Source: an uncultured delta proteobacterium (GTDB taxonomy: Bacteria; Bdellovibrionota; FAC87; UBA2466). From it: a stretch of DNA of 64,000 bases. Numbering within the stretch: the first letter of the stretch is position 1; the number at the start of each line of letters is the position of its first letter. This document shows, piece after piece, positions 28,137-37,841 of this stretch. A program made the translations under genes and the position numbers. Location of the stretch: positions 194,607-258,606 of the forward strand of contig CAVZSV010000004.1 in the NCBI GenBank assembly GCA_963778115.1. Direction: 5' to 3'. The notes under the pieces were generated by a model. The model was not told where the DNA came from. It ran no database searches and saw only the letters and a program-made list of their open reading frames with translations.

Positions 28137-29947
28137 AGAGTAATTAGCTGATTTGCGGAAGCTTCTACGCGGCCTAGTCGATAGTCTGAACCCAACTCCT
28201 GACTAATGACCTTGGGAGCTTTTGCTCTCATCAGTTGCAACTGATGAGGAGTCACCCTTCCCCCGATGATTAGATTCACCACTGCGGAACCGTCTGCCGA
28301 AAGGGAGAAGTTTACGGCAACGGTCATCTCTTTAAACTGTTCGTAAGGGATCTCATTGGGCTTAAAACCCTCTAAATGTCGACGGAACTCTTTTTCAAAA
28401 TTATGAGCTCCTTCCACTAGGGCGGCTCGAACCTCGGAGGGGATGGGTTGAGCCACACCATTTCCATTCGGCCGATAGGTCGAGTCTATAAATGCCACAC
28501 GATAATCTGAAGGAATTCCTTCCATCGCAATACCACTTACATAGTCTTTTTTCTCCCACTCCTCGAGAGGTTTGTTGGGGGCAAATACATAATCATCTCC
28601 AGAGATGCTGGTTCCATTTGCCGCAAACTGATGATCCCCTTCTACCCTGAGACGATTCGCTTGAGCCCTGGGCAAGAGATCCATTTTATGTTCAAAGCGC
28701 TGTGAGGCCACCTGCTGCCCCTTTCGCGCGGCAACGATAGCTCGGCTTAGGCGGGTACTCGCCGTTATTTTGGGATCGTTCGCTACTTTCTGAATTTGCT
28801 CGCTCAATTCCACAAGATTTCTTGCCCCACCTCCACGTTGATCCACAGAGATAAGTCCGTATCTAGCGCGTCCGATTCCCATATCGGTAGTCTCCTTCTC
28901 TAAATAGATCGAAGGCGCTAAGGCGTCCAGAGCATGGTAATAATCCTGCATCCGGTGAAGCAGATGATTATCCACACTGACTCCAAAACGGTTTTGGATT
29001 TCGTCATGCAAAATCGCTTCATATTCAATGAGATTTCGGGCCGGAACCGCCCGCAAAAGATCCATCAAAGACTCCGACAATACGTACCTACCTGCTGAAC
29101 TTAAGTGCAACATTTTTTCGGTTCCCGGCATGCCAATCAAAGTTTGCTGCAATTCGGTTCGAGCCTCTTCACTATCTTTTATCTTGGCCCGCAACAAATC
29201 ACGAACGCCCGAATCCCTAAAATCCTGAATGTGAGGTCCCGACTCAGATCCTAACAGATGCCTTCCCGCGCGAGCGGCGAGAGCCGCTTCATCGGCTTCG
29301 CTGCCGCGGCCAGAACCAAATCCCGCCAGATGCCACATCTCAGGCCGTCCATTTAACTTCGACTGTTTAGCGAATCTAAGGACCAATTCGGGATACTGGC
29401 CCATTGCTTGTTCAAAGGCGAAAGAGGCCTCCTGATAGACTTTAGATAGCTCGTCACGAATCTGTTGTGAATTTTCGTTGAACATCAATCGAAGCGATTT
29501 GAAATCGGCATAAGTTCCCATCAAATGGCTAGTCAATAACTGGTTTCGATTGAACAGATTCATGAAAATCTGTTTATAAAGACTGGTCGTCGAAGCGGCG
29601 AGCTCTCCATCGGAAAAAATTTTATCTTTGAGCTGCTTAAAAATTGCGTTCTCCACGTGAAACACTAAGCGATCTTTTACGGGGATACTGTTAGCAAGGT
29701 GATAGAAGTTACGATTATCGCCGGGCCTTGAGACGGTGCGATTTAGAAAGTTTCGCTTTAGGTGCTCCGCCCCCTGAAGCTGACTGTATAGTTCAAGAAA
29801 AGCTTCATCGCAGCCGGAAAGGTGCTCGATGACCTGAACATGACCAGAGGGTTTCTTAGACTCAACGGCAACAGACTGCCCCGCGTTAGCCAACGCAAGG
29901 AGCAGAAATACCCACGCGAATGTTATCTTAAGTTCTACCACACGCAC
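28121..29947 (-). CDS. Hypothetical secreted protein with two degenerate GGDEF/palm-like segments
   Basis: Signal peptide; LVFHVENAIFKQLKD; GLISVDQRGGGARN..SISGDDYVF. Confidence 0.7.
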   Translation of the reverse strand: MRVVELKITFAWVFLLLALANAGQSVAVESKKPSGHVQVIEHLSGCDEAFLELYSQLQGAEHLKRNFLNRTVSRPGDNRNFYHLANSIPVKDRLVFHVENAIFKQLKDKIFSDGELAASTTSLYKQIFMNLFNRNQLLTSHLMGTYADFKSLRLMFNENSQQIRDELSKVYQEASFAFEQAMGQYPELVLRFAKQSKLNGRPEMWHLAGFGSGRGSEADEAALAARAGRHLLGSESGPHIQDFRDSGVRDLLRAKIKDSEEARTELQQTLIGMPGTEKMLHLSSAGRYVLSESLMDLLRAVPARNLIEYEAILHDEIQNRFGVSVDNHLLHRMQDYYHALDALAPSIYLEKETTDMGIGRARYGLISVDQRGGGARNLVELSEQIQKVANDPKITASTRLSRAIVAARKGQQVASQRFEHKMDLLPRAQANRLRVEGDHQFAANGTSISGDDYVFAPNKPLEEWEKKDYVSGIAMEGIPSDYRVAFIDSTYRPNGNGVAQPIPSEVRAALVEGAHNFEKEFRRHLEGFKPNEIPYEQFKEMTVAVNFSLSADGSAVVNLIIGGRVTPHQLQLMRAKAPKVISQELGSDYRLGRVEASANQLITLQRAE

Positions 29948-30204
29948 CTGTCCGCAAGCGGTCCCCGTCAGCCATAGGGCAAAAGCTGGGCCACGTCACT
30001 TTAGGCGCGTGACGAATTTCGGCAGGGTGAGAGAACCCTAGGCGGAAGTAATTTGTCGGAATACAGCGACTATTTAACGTAAAGATAGCAAGCGGCGCAG
30101 AAGTTTTTAAGGGAAGTTAAGGAGATAAATTAGGCATGGCTAAGTTTTAATCGTAGGTGACCAGAACCGGCTATTGGTTTCTTCGACACGGCAAAAGCAC
30201 AGAC

Positions 30205-30894
30205 CTAACTGGCTTTAGCCAATTTTCCCACCCGCTTCGTCCTCGCCCATTCAATGAGGGGAGGCAAAATCGAAATGAAAATAATTCCGAAGATTACCAG
30301 ATGAAAGTTTTTCTTAACGGTAGGAATATTACCGAAGAGGACTCCCGCCGTCAGAAAACCCATCACCCAGAGTACTGCCCCGATAATGTTATAGAGAGCG
30401 AATTTGGGATACCGCATCTTGCCAATGCCGGCGACAAAGGGGGCGAAGGTTCGGACAATGGGAATGAAACGCGCGATGATGATCGTTTTGCCGCCGTACT
30501 TATCGTAGAACTCCTGGGTTCGGGTCAGATGCTTTCGATTAAAGAGCCACGATGTCTCACTTCTAAAAACTCTGGGGCCGATGCGCCTTCCAACGGAGTA
30601 ATTGACCGCATCTCCCAAGATCGCAGCCACCGTAAGAAGGATGGCAAGCAGCGTAAAGGAGAGGACCGATTGATCTCCGACGGAAAGTGCCCCTAGGGCG
30701 AATAGCAAAGAGTCCCCGGGAAGAAATGGCGTAATTACCAATCCGGTTTCGCAGAACAAAATGACAAACAGAATGACGTAAATTAACGGACCAAAGAATT
30801 CAATCCATTGGTTGAGGTAAGCATCGAGATGGACGATGACGTGAAATCCGTTAGCTGCCCACTGAACAATCGAGTGAATCAAAGAGGAACCCAA
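30205..30894 (-). CDS. dedA: DedA family membrane protein
   Basis: FCETGL...PFLPGDSLLF; ARFIPIVRTFAPFVAG. Confidence 0.93.
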   Translation of the reverse strand: MGSSLIHSIVQWAANGFHVIVHLDAYLNQWIEFFGPLIYVILFVILFCETGLVITPFLPGDSLLFALGALSVGDQSVLSFTLLAILLTVAAILGDAVNYSVGRRIGPRVFRSETSWLFNRKHLTRTQEFYDKYGGKTIIIARFIPIVRTFAPFVAGIGKMRYPKFALYNIIGAVLWVMGFLTAGVLFGNIPTVKKNFHLVIFGIIFISILPPLIEWARTKRVGKLAKAS

Positions 30895-31033
30895 TAAACC
30901 CAGCCTTTCGTTTTGGCCACCATCATAGGGGAACTTGTTTCAAGATACAACGGGTTTACCTCAGTTTCAGATTGACACCCCTACTGGTTAATATCACGCT
31001 ACCGCTTATTCTTATTTTAGGAGGTTTATAAAT

Positions 31034-31651
31034 ATGAAGCTATTCATAGGAATTAGGGGAATTGGGGGAATCGGGCTAATCGCATTATCCCTGATGGCAC
31101 CCGCGACGTTTGCCGACGATGCCGCGACCCCAAGCGGGGACAAAGCGGCAGCCACCGGTGATGCCGCGAAACCGGCTGACGGTGCGGCTTCCGACACCAC
31201 GAAAACCGATAACGGCAAATCAGCACAGACACCCAAGTCCGAAACCAAGAAGACTCCTAAAAAGAAAAAGACCCCCAAGAAAGCGGACGCCACAAGTACC
31301 AAACTTAAATTTAAAGACATCAAAGTGGGAAAAGGTGCCGAAGCCAAAGCGGGAATGCGGGTATCGGTTCACTACACGGGCTGGCTCACTAATGGCAAAA
31401 AGTTCGACTCCTCCGTGGATCGCGGTGAGCCTTTTACTTTCACCCTGGGAGCGCACGAAGTCATTCAAGGTTGGGATACCGGAATTGCCGGAACCAAGGA
31501 AGATGGTCTTAAGATTCCCCCGATGAAAGTGGGCGGGAAACGAAAGCTTACGATTCCTCCCCAATTGGCCTACGGCGAACGGGGTGCCGGTGGAGTCATT
31601 CCCCCCAATTCAACTTTGGTATTCGATGTCGAATTGCTCGGAGTAAATTAA
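31034..31651 (+). CDS. FKBP-type peptidyl-prolyl isomerase, periplasmic
   Basis: VHYTGWL..GKKFDSS.DR..PF.F.LG..VI.GWD; IPP.LAYG. Confidence 0.95.
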   Translation: MKLFIGIRGIGGIGLIALSLMAPATFADDAATPSGDKAAATGDAAKPADGAASDTTKTDNGKSAQTPKSETKKTPKKKKTPKKADATSTKLKFKDIKVGKGAEAKAGMRVSVHYTGWLTNGKKFDSSVDRGEPFTFTLGAHEVIQGWDTGIAGTKEDGLKIPPMKVGGKRKLTIPPQLAYGERGAGGVIPPNSTLVFDVELLGVN

Positions 31652-31662
31652 TCGACCAAAGA

Positions 31663-31713
31663 GTACCCACTTGCTTTCCGTACGTTTGCAGCGTACGGAA
31701 AGCAAGTGGGTAC
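31663..31713. terminator. Perfect 22-bp inverted repeat between convergent genes
   Basis: GTACCCACTTGCTTTCCGTACG-N7-CGTACGGAAAGCAAGTGGGTAC. Confidence 0.8.
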
Positions 31714-31719
31714 CTTTCG

Positions 31720-33546
31720 TTAGCTTTTCAATTTTTCCTCTATAACCTTCGCCCAGGTAATGGCTTCCCCACAAGCCGACTCCAGACAAGGAAGCGCCCA
31801 ATTATCCTGTTCCACAAAAAAGACTCGGTCCTTAAAGGGAGCCCTTACTTTGTCTAACGTTCCATTTAAATAGATTCCCTTTCGCGCTACCGGCAGCGCC
31901 CTGCCCCACCGTGCGATTCTAAAATCGACGACGTCCTTAGCCGATAGGCCCAAAAGAGGAAGAATGGATTGGTAAACCTGCCTTTCCGTTTCAATGCGTA
32001 TCCGCTCATAAGCGTCGGTTTGAAAAATCTCCTGACGTGCCCCTTCGTAAGGCAGTGGACGATATAACGTCAGCACGGAGTGTCCGTTATCAGACTTGGC
32101 AAAGTTTGCTAGGACCACATCCGTAATTTTTTGTTTCTTCGACCATGCACGAATATCCGCGGCGGGCTGTGCATCGATAAGAGACATTTCGTAAAAGGAC
32201 GGGGGGGCCGAATGGCTAATACATACATTGCCAACCAGAAAAGGCCGATAGGTGAGTTTCCCAATGGCAGCCCGTCTTGCAGGTTCAATGTCATCTAGAA
32301 TCTGGCCTACCACAACTTTAGGACAGGCCATCACAACCGCTTTGGCTTCGATGACATGGAAGTTTCCTCTGGCATCTTCGTAAAGTACCTTAACCCTATC
32401 CTTGGTCACTTTGACATCGATTACCGTCGATGAAGCACGTAATGAGTTGGGGGGAAGATCTCGATTAAGCCTTCGCACCAATCGCGAAGTCACCGCCGCA
32501 TTGCCTCCCACCAGAGTGTTCGACTCCGCCCACTCGGCGGCCAGAAAATTGAGACCTGCGGCTGCACTGGTCTCCCCCGCACTTGCGCCGAAAGAAGACC
32601 ATGAATAATATTCGATCGCAGCATGAAGATCGTTAGGCAGCTCACCGCAGACCGATTCCAAATGTTCCAAGAGTGAAAACTTATCGAGCTCGTTAATCTG
32701 TGCCCTTACCTTAGGATCGTTCGTCGGCATATCGGGATAGGGTGTCACCTCATCGTCATCTGCGTCGTCGGGGGCTTTCGCGTCCGCGGTTTTCTCTGGA
32801 GTCTCCCGGTTCTCGTTGTCATCGTCATCGTCGTCACTGTCGTCTTTTTCATCCCCGTCGTCATCACTGCCCTTCCAGACGGCCTCCAGATAGTCATTTA
32901 GCTTATCGTAAACCTCCCGGCTCCCCGGCTCGGAATCGCCTTTCCAAAAATCTTTTACCAGATGATGTCTGACCGCATAGGGATCGCTGACCTGCGGAGT
33001 TTTCAACGATTGCGAAATCCTAAGATCTTCCATCAAAAGATCGTGCAAAGGAGTTCCGATTTCCGGCTCCGCAAAAGACGATGCGCCCAGAGAGTAATCG
33101 ATTCCCTGCCACGACTGCCCTTTCGAATTTCCCCCAAACCTTGGCGCCTGCTCCAAAACCACCGGCTTATGATCGCGTAGCAAAAAAGCCGTGGTCAAAC
33201 CGGAAAGGCCGCCCCCTATCACCACAACTTCGCGAAGCTCCTTTTCGTAGGGAATCTTTGCGGCATGGGCGGCAAGGTAATTCTGTTTGTCCCAAACGCC
33301 TGGGTGACTTTTGTCGGGAGTGTCCCCAAAGAATTTTCGCGGAGCGATGTTTGCTAAAGACCTATCGATGGGATCGTATTGCAAAGCTTCGGGGGGCAGA
33401 GGATCGTCGTCAAAACGACTATCCACAGAAGCGCATCCGGTCAGATACCAGGCGGTAACACCCATTGCGGTTTTTAAGAGTTGTCTTCGTGTAAGGCGAA
33501 AATCCGAAGGCTTAAACACACGCCCATCATAGTGAGGGTCGGGCAA
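31720..33546 (-). CDS. FAD-dependent oxidoreductase (amine oxidase-like), Tat lipoprotein
   Basis: TRRQLLK Tat motif, LTGC; VIGGGLSGL; poly-Asp insert. Confidence 0.85.
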   Translation of the reverse strand: MPDPHYDGRVFKPSDFRLTRRQLLKTAMGVTAWYLTGCASVDSRFDDDPLPPEALQYDPIDRSLANIAPRKFFGDTPDKSHPGVWDKQNYLAAHAAKIPYEKELREVVVIGGGLSGLTTAFLLRDHKPVVLEQAPRFGGNSKGQSWQGIDYSLGASSFAEPEIGTPLHDLLMEDLRISQSLKTPQVSDPYAVRHHLVKDFWKGDSEPGSREVYDKLNDYLEAVWKGSDDDGDEKDDSDDDDDDNENRETPEKTADAKAPDDADDDEVTPYPDMPTNDPKVRAQINELDKFSLLEHLESVCGELPNDLHAAIEYYSWSSFGASAGETSAAAGLNFLAAEWAESNTLVGGNAAVTSRLVRRLNRDLPPNSLRASSTVIDVKVTKDRVKVLYEDARGNFHVIEAKAVVMACPKVVVGQILDDIEPARRAAIGKLTYRPFLVGNVCISHSAPPSFYEMSLIDAQPAADIRAWSKKQKITDVVLANFAKSDNGHSVLTLYRPLPYEGARQEIFQTDAYERIRIETERQVYQSILPLLGLSAKDVVDFRIARWGRALPVARKGIYLNGTLDKVRAPFKDRVFFVEQDNWALPCLESACGEAITWAKVIEEKLKS

Positions 33547-33584
33547 GATTACGAACGCTTCGCGTCAACACTTTCATTGTCCCG

Positions 33585-34307
33585 TTACGATTTAATCCCT
33601 AATCGCAGATAAAACAGAGGCCGCAAGATTCTCCACCAATCCGTCACCGGCCGCATCTTGGTATTTCCTATTTTCTTGGGAGGATAGATCTTGGTCACCG
33701 GAACCTCTTTGTGCGAGTACCCCAGCGTAATTGCTTTGTAATAGAGGTAAGGCTCTAGTTCGTAAGTATCTAGCCACGATTGATTCAAACGAATACGAGG
33801 GTCGGTTAAGAGGGAAACGCGGAAAGCCCTAAACCCGTTGGTTGATTCGGTACAACGACTTCCCGTTACCAGAGAAAAGAGAAAGGGGTGTAGTCGAGTA
33901 GCAAACCGTCGATAAAGCGGCATATCCCCACCGTACCCTCCGCCGGCCAAGAAGCGCGATCCTTGTACAAAAACGGCTTGATCGTCGGCAATGGGATCTA
34001 ACAAACGGCTAATTTCACGAGGTTCGTCTTTGTTGTTGCCGGCAATCACCACGATGACGTCGACTGATCCTCTTACTTTTTCAAATCCTGCGCGCAAGGC
34101 GGCCCCCACTCCGATGGTTCGCCCCAGGCGAAGTACCTGAGCTCCCCGAGCTTGCGCCTTTTTGGCTGAATCATCGGTGGATCCGTCATCGACGACAAGA
34201 ATGATATCGGCTGTTCCAACATCAACGATTCGGCGCACCACCTCCTCAATCTTTTGTTCTTCATTAAAACAGGGGGCAATCACGGCAAATTTTAGATTCC
34301 GATACAT
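33585..34307 (-). CDS. Glycosyltransferase family 2 (polyprenol-phosphate sugar synthase-like)
   Basis: P.FNEE, VVDDGSTD, VQGSRF, TNGFRA. Confidence 0.92.
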   Translation of the reverse strand: MYRNLKFAVIAPCFNEEQKIEEVVRRIVDVGTADIILVVDDGSTDDSAKKAQARGAQVLRLGRTIGVGAALRAGFEKVRGSVDVIVVIAGNNKDEPREISRLLDPIADDQAVFVQGSRFLAGGGYGGDMPLYRRFATRLHPFLFSLVTGSRCTESTNGFRAFRVSLLTDPRIRLNQSWLDTYELEPYLYYKAITLGYSHKEVPVTKIYPPKKIGNTKMRPVTDWWRILRPLFYLRLGIKS

Positions 34308-34309
34308 AA

Positions 34310-35857
34310 TTATCTTCCGAACAGCGGATACCAAAGTCCCGCGTATCTCCAGCTCCAGAACCGCTCCTTCACCGATAGGCTCGATCCCGCAGGCGGCTGA
34401 TCCTGCCACGCCCAACCCTTTAAGTAGACGCCGTTAGCGTGGATGAGAAAACTTAGCACAAAAAGCGAATAACTCACTCGAGAAACCCAGCGCCATGACC
34501 ATACTCTGCTAAGCATCGGAACTAAAAGCAGTGCCAACAGCGGTAAGATTTCAGTTAAGAGCCTGGAGCCAAAACAGTAGCCTCCATGCCAAACCGTCCA
34601 GAAGGAGAGCATGCCGATTTGGCTAAGGGCCGCCGCTGCAAAAAAACAGGGCCACCCTTTCACTGCCCGTCGCGCCCCTTCTTTTCGCAAAGCTTCTCGA
34701 GCCTTGGGAAAGCAGCCCAGGGCCAATAACAAAATCCAAGGCTGATACGGAATAAGGCCGTGAGAAGGACTAAAAAGAACTCCGGTAAGTAAGGGCCAAA
34801 AGTTAAGCGACCACAAAGAATCGGTCGCCCACTGAGCTTGGGGTCCAAAAAAACTTCCGTAGGTTACTCGATAGAAATAGCTCCAAGGGGAGGCAAAGAC
34901 CAGAAGTAACGTTCCGGTGATCAGCGCTCGTCGGTAATCTCTAATGAGCAACCAAAGTCCGAAAAGTCCTATCAAAGGTAAAGAGGTGAGTCGGCAAGCA
35001 AACATCAGGGACAGAGCTAACGCCTGTCCCAGAACCACTCCCCCTAGCGGGAAGCGCTCTCGAAAAAATTCCAAGAAAAGAGCCGCTAAGAAAAATACGG
35101 TAACGCCGTCTTGGGTCCACAGCCCTTGACCTACCGTCGAAAACACTGCCGATCCCAGAGCCACCAGTGCCGTCACCAAAAGTGCCACGTTAGCTTTGCC
35201 CAAGCAAAGGGCTAAGATAAAAAAGAGGCCCACAGTCACAGCCGCCATCCACGCTGCTGCCCACTTTTGTGTCCTTAGCGCTGATATCGCTCGCGCGTTT
35301 CCTCCCAGTACGCGTACGGCCAGCGTAAAGGGTAACGCAACCACGATCATCCCCATGGGATAGGAAGAATAAACTCCTCTGGGAGTACACCCCAGAAAGT
35401 AGGGGTACTGCGCATGAGAAGGACAGATCCCCTCGTGAGTCATAATCTGCCCTGGGAGCGGATTGAGAAACTCACTTAACTCGGCGTTCCCCTTTAGTGC
35501 CAGACTTCCCGCCGAAAGCATCACGGGAAGATTATCTTGCGCACTCTGGGTTCTTCCATTCAACAAAACCAGAAGTAGCGTCGGAAGCATCACCCAGTAA
35601 AACGCCGCGATCCAGGGAATCGTTCCCTTACCGTCGGAGAAAGCCTGACATTGTTTCCAATAGCGACGGTAACGGTCGGTAAGGCGTGCGCGATAGGAAG
35701 ACGAGCCTAGTAGCCTCAATAAAGGCAGCAGTAACCATACGGCGACAAATACGGCATGGCTTCCTCTTCCTTGAAAGGCCGCTCCCAGAAGAACCAACGT
35801 GATTAGTACTTGCAGAAGATCGCAGAGCCGCAAAACCCAATTATACCGAAGTGCCAT
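34310..35857 (-). CDS. Polytopic membrane protein, GT-C-like
   Basis: S.YP.G; GVLFSP.HGL..Y.P; W.GG.CFG.RLL.E; adjacent to GT2. Confidence 0.7.
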   Translation of the reverse strand: MALRYNWVLRLCDLLQVLITLVLLGAAFQGRGSHAVFVAVWLLLPLLRLLGSSSYRARLTDRYRRYWKQCQAFSDGKGTIPWIAAFYWVMLPTLLLVLLNGRTQSAQDNLPVMLSAGSLALKGNAELSEFLNPLPGQIMTHEGICPSHAQYPYFLGCTPRGVYSSYPMGMIVVALPFTLAVRVLGGNARAISALRTQKWAAAWMAAVTVGLFFILALCLGKANVALLVTALVALGSAVFSTVGQGLWTQDGVTVFFLAALFLEFFRERFPLGGVVLGQALALSLMFACRLTSLPLIGLFGLWLLIRDYRRALITGTLLLVFASPWSYFYRVTYGSFFGPQAQWATDSLWSLNFWPLLTGVLFSPSHGLIPYQPWILLLALGCFPKAREALRKEGARRAVKGWPCFFAAAALSQIGMLSFWTVWHGGYCFGSRLLTEILPLLALLLVPMLSRVWSWRWVSRVSYSLFVLSFLIHANGVYLKGWAWQDQPPAGSSLSVKERFWSWRYAGLWYPLFGR

Positions 35858-35958
35858 CCCTGCCACTATAGGAGGGGCAAAAAACACAGTAAAGGCATCA
35901 CTTTAAACCGTCTGCTTTTCGGTGGACGAGATCCCCGAAAACGGGCTAAACCTAGTCC

Positions 35959-37101
35959 ATGTCTGGTCACAATCCGTCATGTCTTCGACTTGGGGTCATA
36001 GGGCTTGGTCAGTGGGGCCCCAATTTAGTGCGAAATTTTGCCTCAAACCCTCGAGTTGAATTGAAAGCGCTAGCCGACTTCGACGCCAAGCGACTTGCGA
36101 CGATTTGCGAAAACTATCCAGGAACCCTGCGTTTCGATTCAGCCGTTGGGTTATTACAGTCATGTGAAATTGATGCGGTGGTGATCTCAACTCCCACGGC
36201 GAGCCATTTCGGCCTGGTTCAAGAGGCGCTCACCAACGGGAAGCATGTATTTGTTGAAAAGCCACTTACGACTACGACTCGAGAGGCCAAGACGTTAGTG
36301 GCTTTAGCGGATTCTTTGGATAAGAAATTAATGTGTGGCCATGTCTTTCTCTTCAATCCCGCGATTCGCTATGTTAAGCAATTGATCGAAGAGAAAGCTC
36401 TTGGTGAGATCTTCTACCTGTATTTCACGCGAACTAATATGGGCCCCATTCGAGGCGACGTAAATGCGCTTTGGGATCTGGCCCCTCACGATATTTCTAT
36501 CCTTCTTTACCTGTTGGGTAGTCTTCCTGAGAGCACTAGTGCTCGCGGAGCCTCTTTTATTAATCCTCCCATTGAAGATGTGGTGTTCGCCAACTTAAGA
36601 TTCCCCCGAGGGATCTTTGCCAATCTTCATGTAAGCTGGCTTGATCCGAAAAAGGTAAGGCAGTTAGTCGTAGTGGGAAGTCAAAAGATGCTGGTCTTCG
36701 ACGATATGAATCCTAGTGAGCCGGTAAAGGTTTTCGACAAAAATGTCGCAGGCTCCCTCTCCCAAGTCGCCATTGCGGACACTTTTCATCTGTTTCGTAA
36801 GAGTATTGTGGAAGGAACCTGCTCAATTCCCACCATCGAGCATGCCGAGCCCCTGCACGAAGAGTGCACGGCCTTTGTAAACTATGTCTTGGACAACACG
36901 CCAAACCCCAGCACCTCGGCACTTTCGGTCAATGTAGTGACGGTCCTAGAGCAGATCTCCCAGTCGATGCAACAAGAAGGTAGCGCCTTTCATGAAATCA
37001 CCGAAAGTGATCTTTCCTCAATCGCAGCTCCGCAAACACCTCTTCGTCGGAAGCCTTTAAGAGATTCAGATTCTGTCGAATCTCCGGACTCTGTGGTCTA
37101 A
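35959..37101 (+). CDS. Gfo/Idh/MocA family oxidoreductase
   Basis: GLGQWGPNLVRNF; HVFVEKP; DLAPHD. Confidence 0.92.
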   Translation: MSGHNPSCLRLGVIGLGQWGPNLVRNFASNPRVELKALADFDAKRLATICENYPGTLRFDSAVGLLQSCEIDAVVISTPTASHFGLVQEALTNGKHVFVEKPLTTTTREAKTLVALADSLDKKLMCGHVFLFNPAIRYVKQLIEEKALGEIFYLYFTRTNMGPIRGDVNALWDLAPHDISILLYLLGSLPESTSARGASFINPPIEDVVFANLRFPRGIFANLHVSWLDPKKVRQLVVVGSQKMLVFDDMNPSEPVKVFDKNVAGSLSQVAIADTFHLFRKSIVEGTCSIPTIEHAEPLHEECTAFVNYVLDNTPNPSTSALSVNVVTVLEQISQSMQQEGSAFHEITESDLSSIAAPQTPLRRKPLRDSDSVESPDSVV

Positions 37102-37762
37102 GAAACGGATTGGTAAGTAATTCCTCTTGCATCGTTGAAGGCACCGTAGGTTTTCCCAAATTCGTGTCGTGTAACACGCGAACGACGCGCTCTCGTAAGA
37201 GTTCATTTCCAGGCTCGACGGAAAGGCAGAATTTCGTTTGAACGGCGGTATATTCGTGTCCGCAAAAAACTCGCGTCTGGGGAGGAAGACTCGCCAGCCG
37301 AGTAAGCGATCTCCACATTTGTGCTGGAGTTCCCTCAAAAAGTCTTCCACAGCCTAGAGTAAAAAGCGTATCCCCACAAAAAACCGCGTCGTCTTGGGAA
37401 AAATAAAAGGCGATATGGCCAGTGGTGTGGCCGGGAATTTCAAGGACTTTACTGGTAAGCTCTCCTACTTTCCAAGTCTGTCCTTCGGAAACGGTAATAT
37501 CGATACCCGCAATGCGATGTTTGTCGTTAAAGGCTCCCACGACTTTTGCTCCGGTAGCGTTCTTAAGCTCCTCATTTCCTCCGGTATGATCCCAGTGGTG
37601 GTGAGTGTTTAGAATTTGGGTCAGCGTCCAACCCGTTTTTTGTAATGCTTCAAGGACAGGGTTTGCTTCTGACGGATCGACAACCGCCGTCGCCTTAGTC
37701 GCTTCATCGTGCAGCAGGTAGACGTAGTTGTCTTTTAAGGCGAGAAATTGGGAAATTTTCAT
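36998..37762 (-). CDS. gloB: Hydroxyacylglutathione hydrolase (glyoxalase II)
   Basis: DNY.YL; THHHWDH; PGHT.GH; GDTLF..GCGR; GHEYT. Confidence 0.95.
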   Translation of the reverse strand: MKISQFLALKDNYVYLLHDEATKATAVVDPSEANPVLEALQKTGWTLTQILNTHHHWDHTGGNEELKNATGAKVVGAFNDKHRIAGIDITVSEGQTWKVGELTSKVLEIPGHTTGHIAFYFSQDDAVFCGDTLFTLGCGRLFEGTPAQMWRSLTRLASLPPQTRVFCGHEYTAVQTKFCLSVEPGNELLRERVVRVLHDTNLGKPTVPSTMQEELLTNPFLRPQSPEIRQNLNLLKASDEEVFAELRLRKDHFR

Positions 37763-37781
37763 GGGTCAGGTGTAGCTTGCC

Positions 37782-37823
37782 TAAACTTAAGTTTAAACTT
37801 AAATTTAAGTTTAAATTTAAGTA
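37782..37823. repeat. Hexamer tandem repeat TAARYT x7
   Basis: TAAACT TAAGTT TAAACT TAAATT TAAGTT TAAATT TAAGTA in the gloB/mutY divergent gap. Confidence 0.85.
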
Positions 37824-37841
37824 AAGGCACTCTACCCCCTT

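Noticed and set aside
36998-37101. 104-bp convergent overlap of the oxidoreductase and gloB as antisense regulation
   Set aside because: The tail is not domain-like and is more simply a lost stop codon or indel error.
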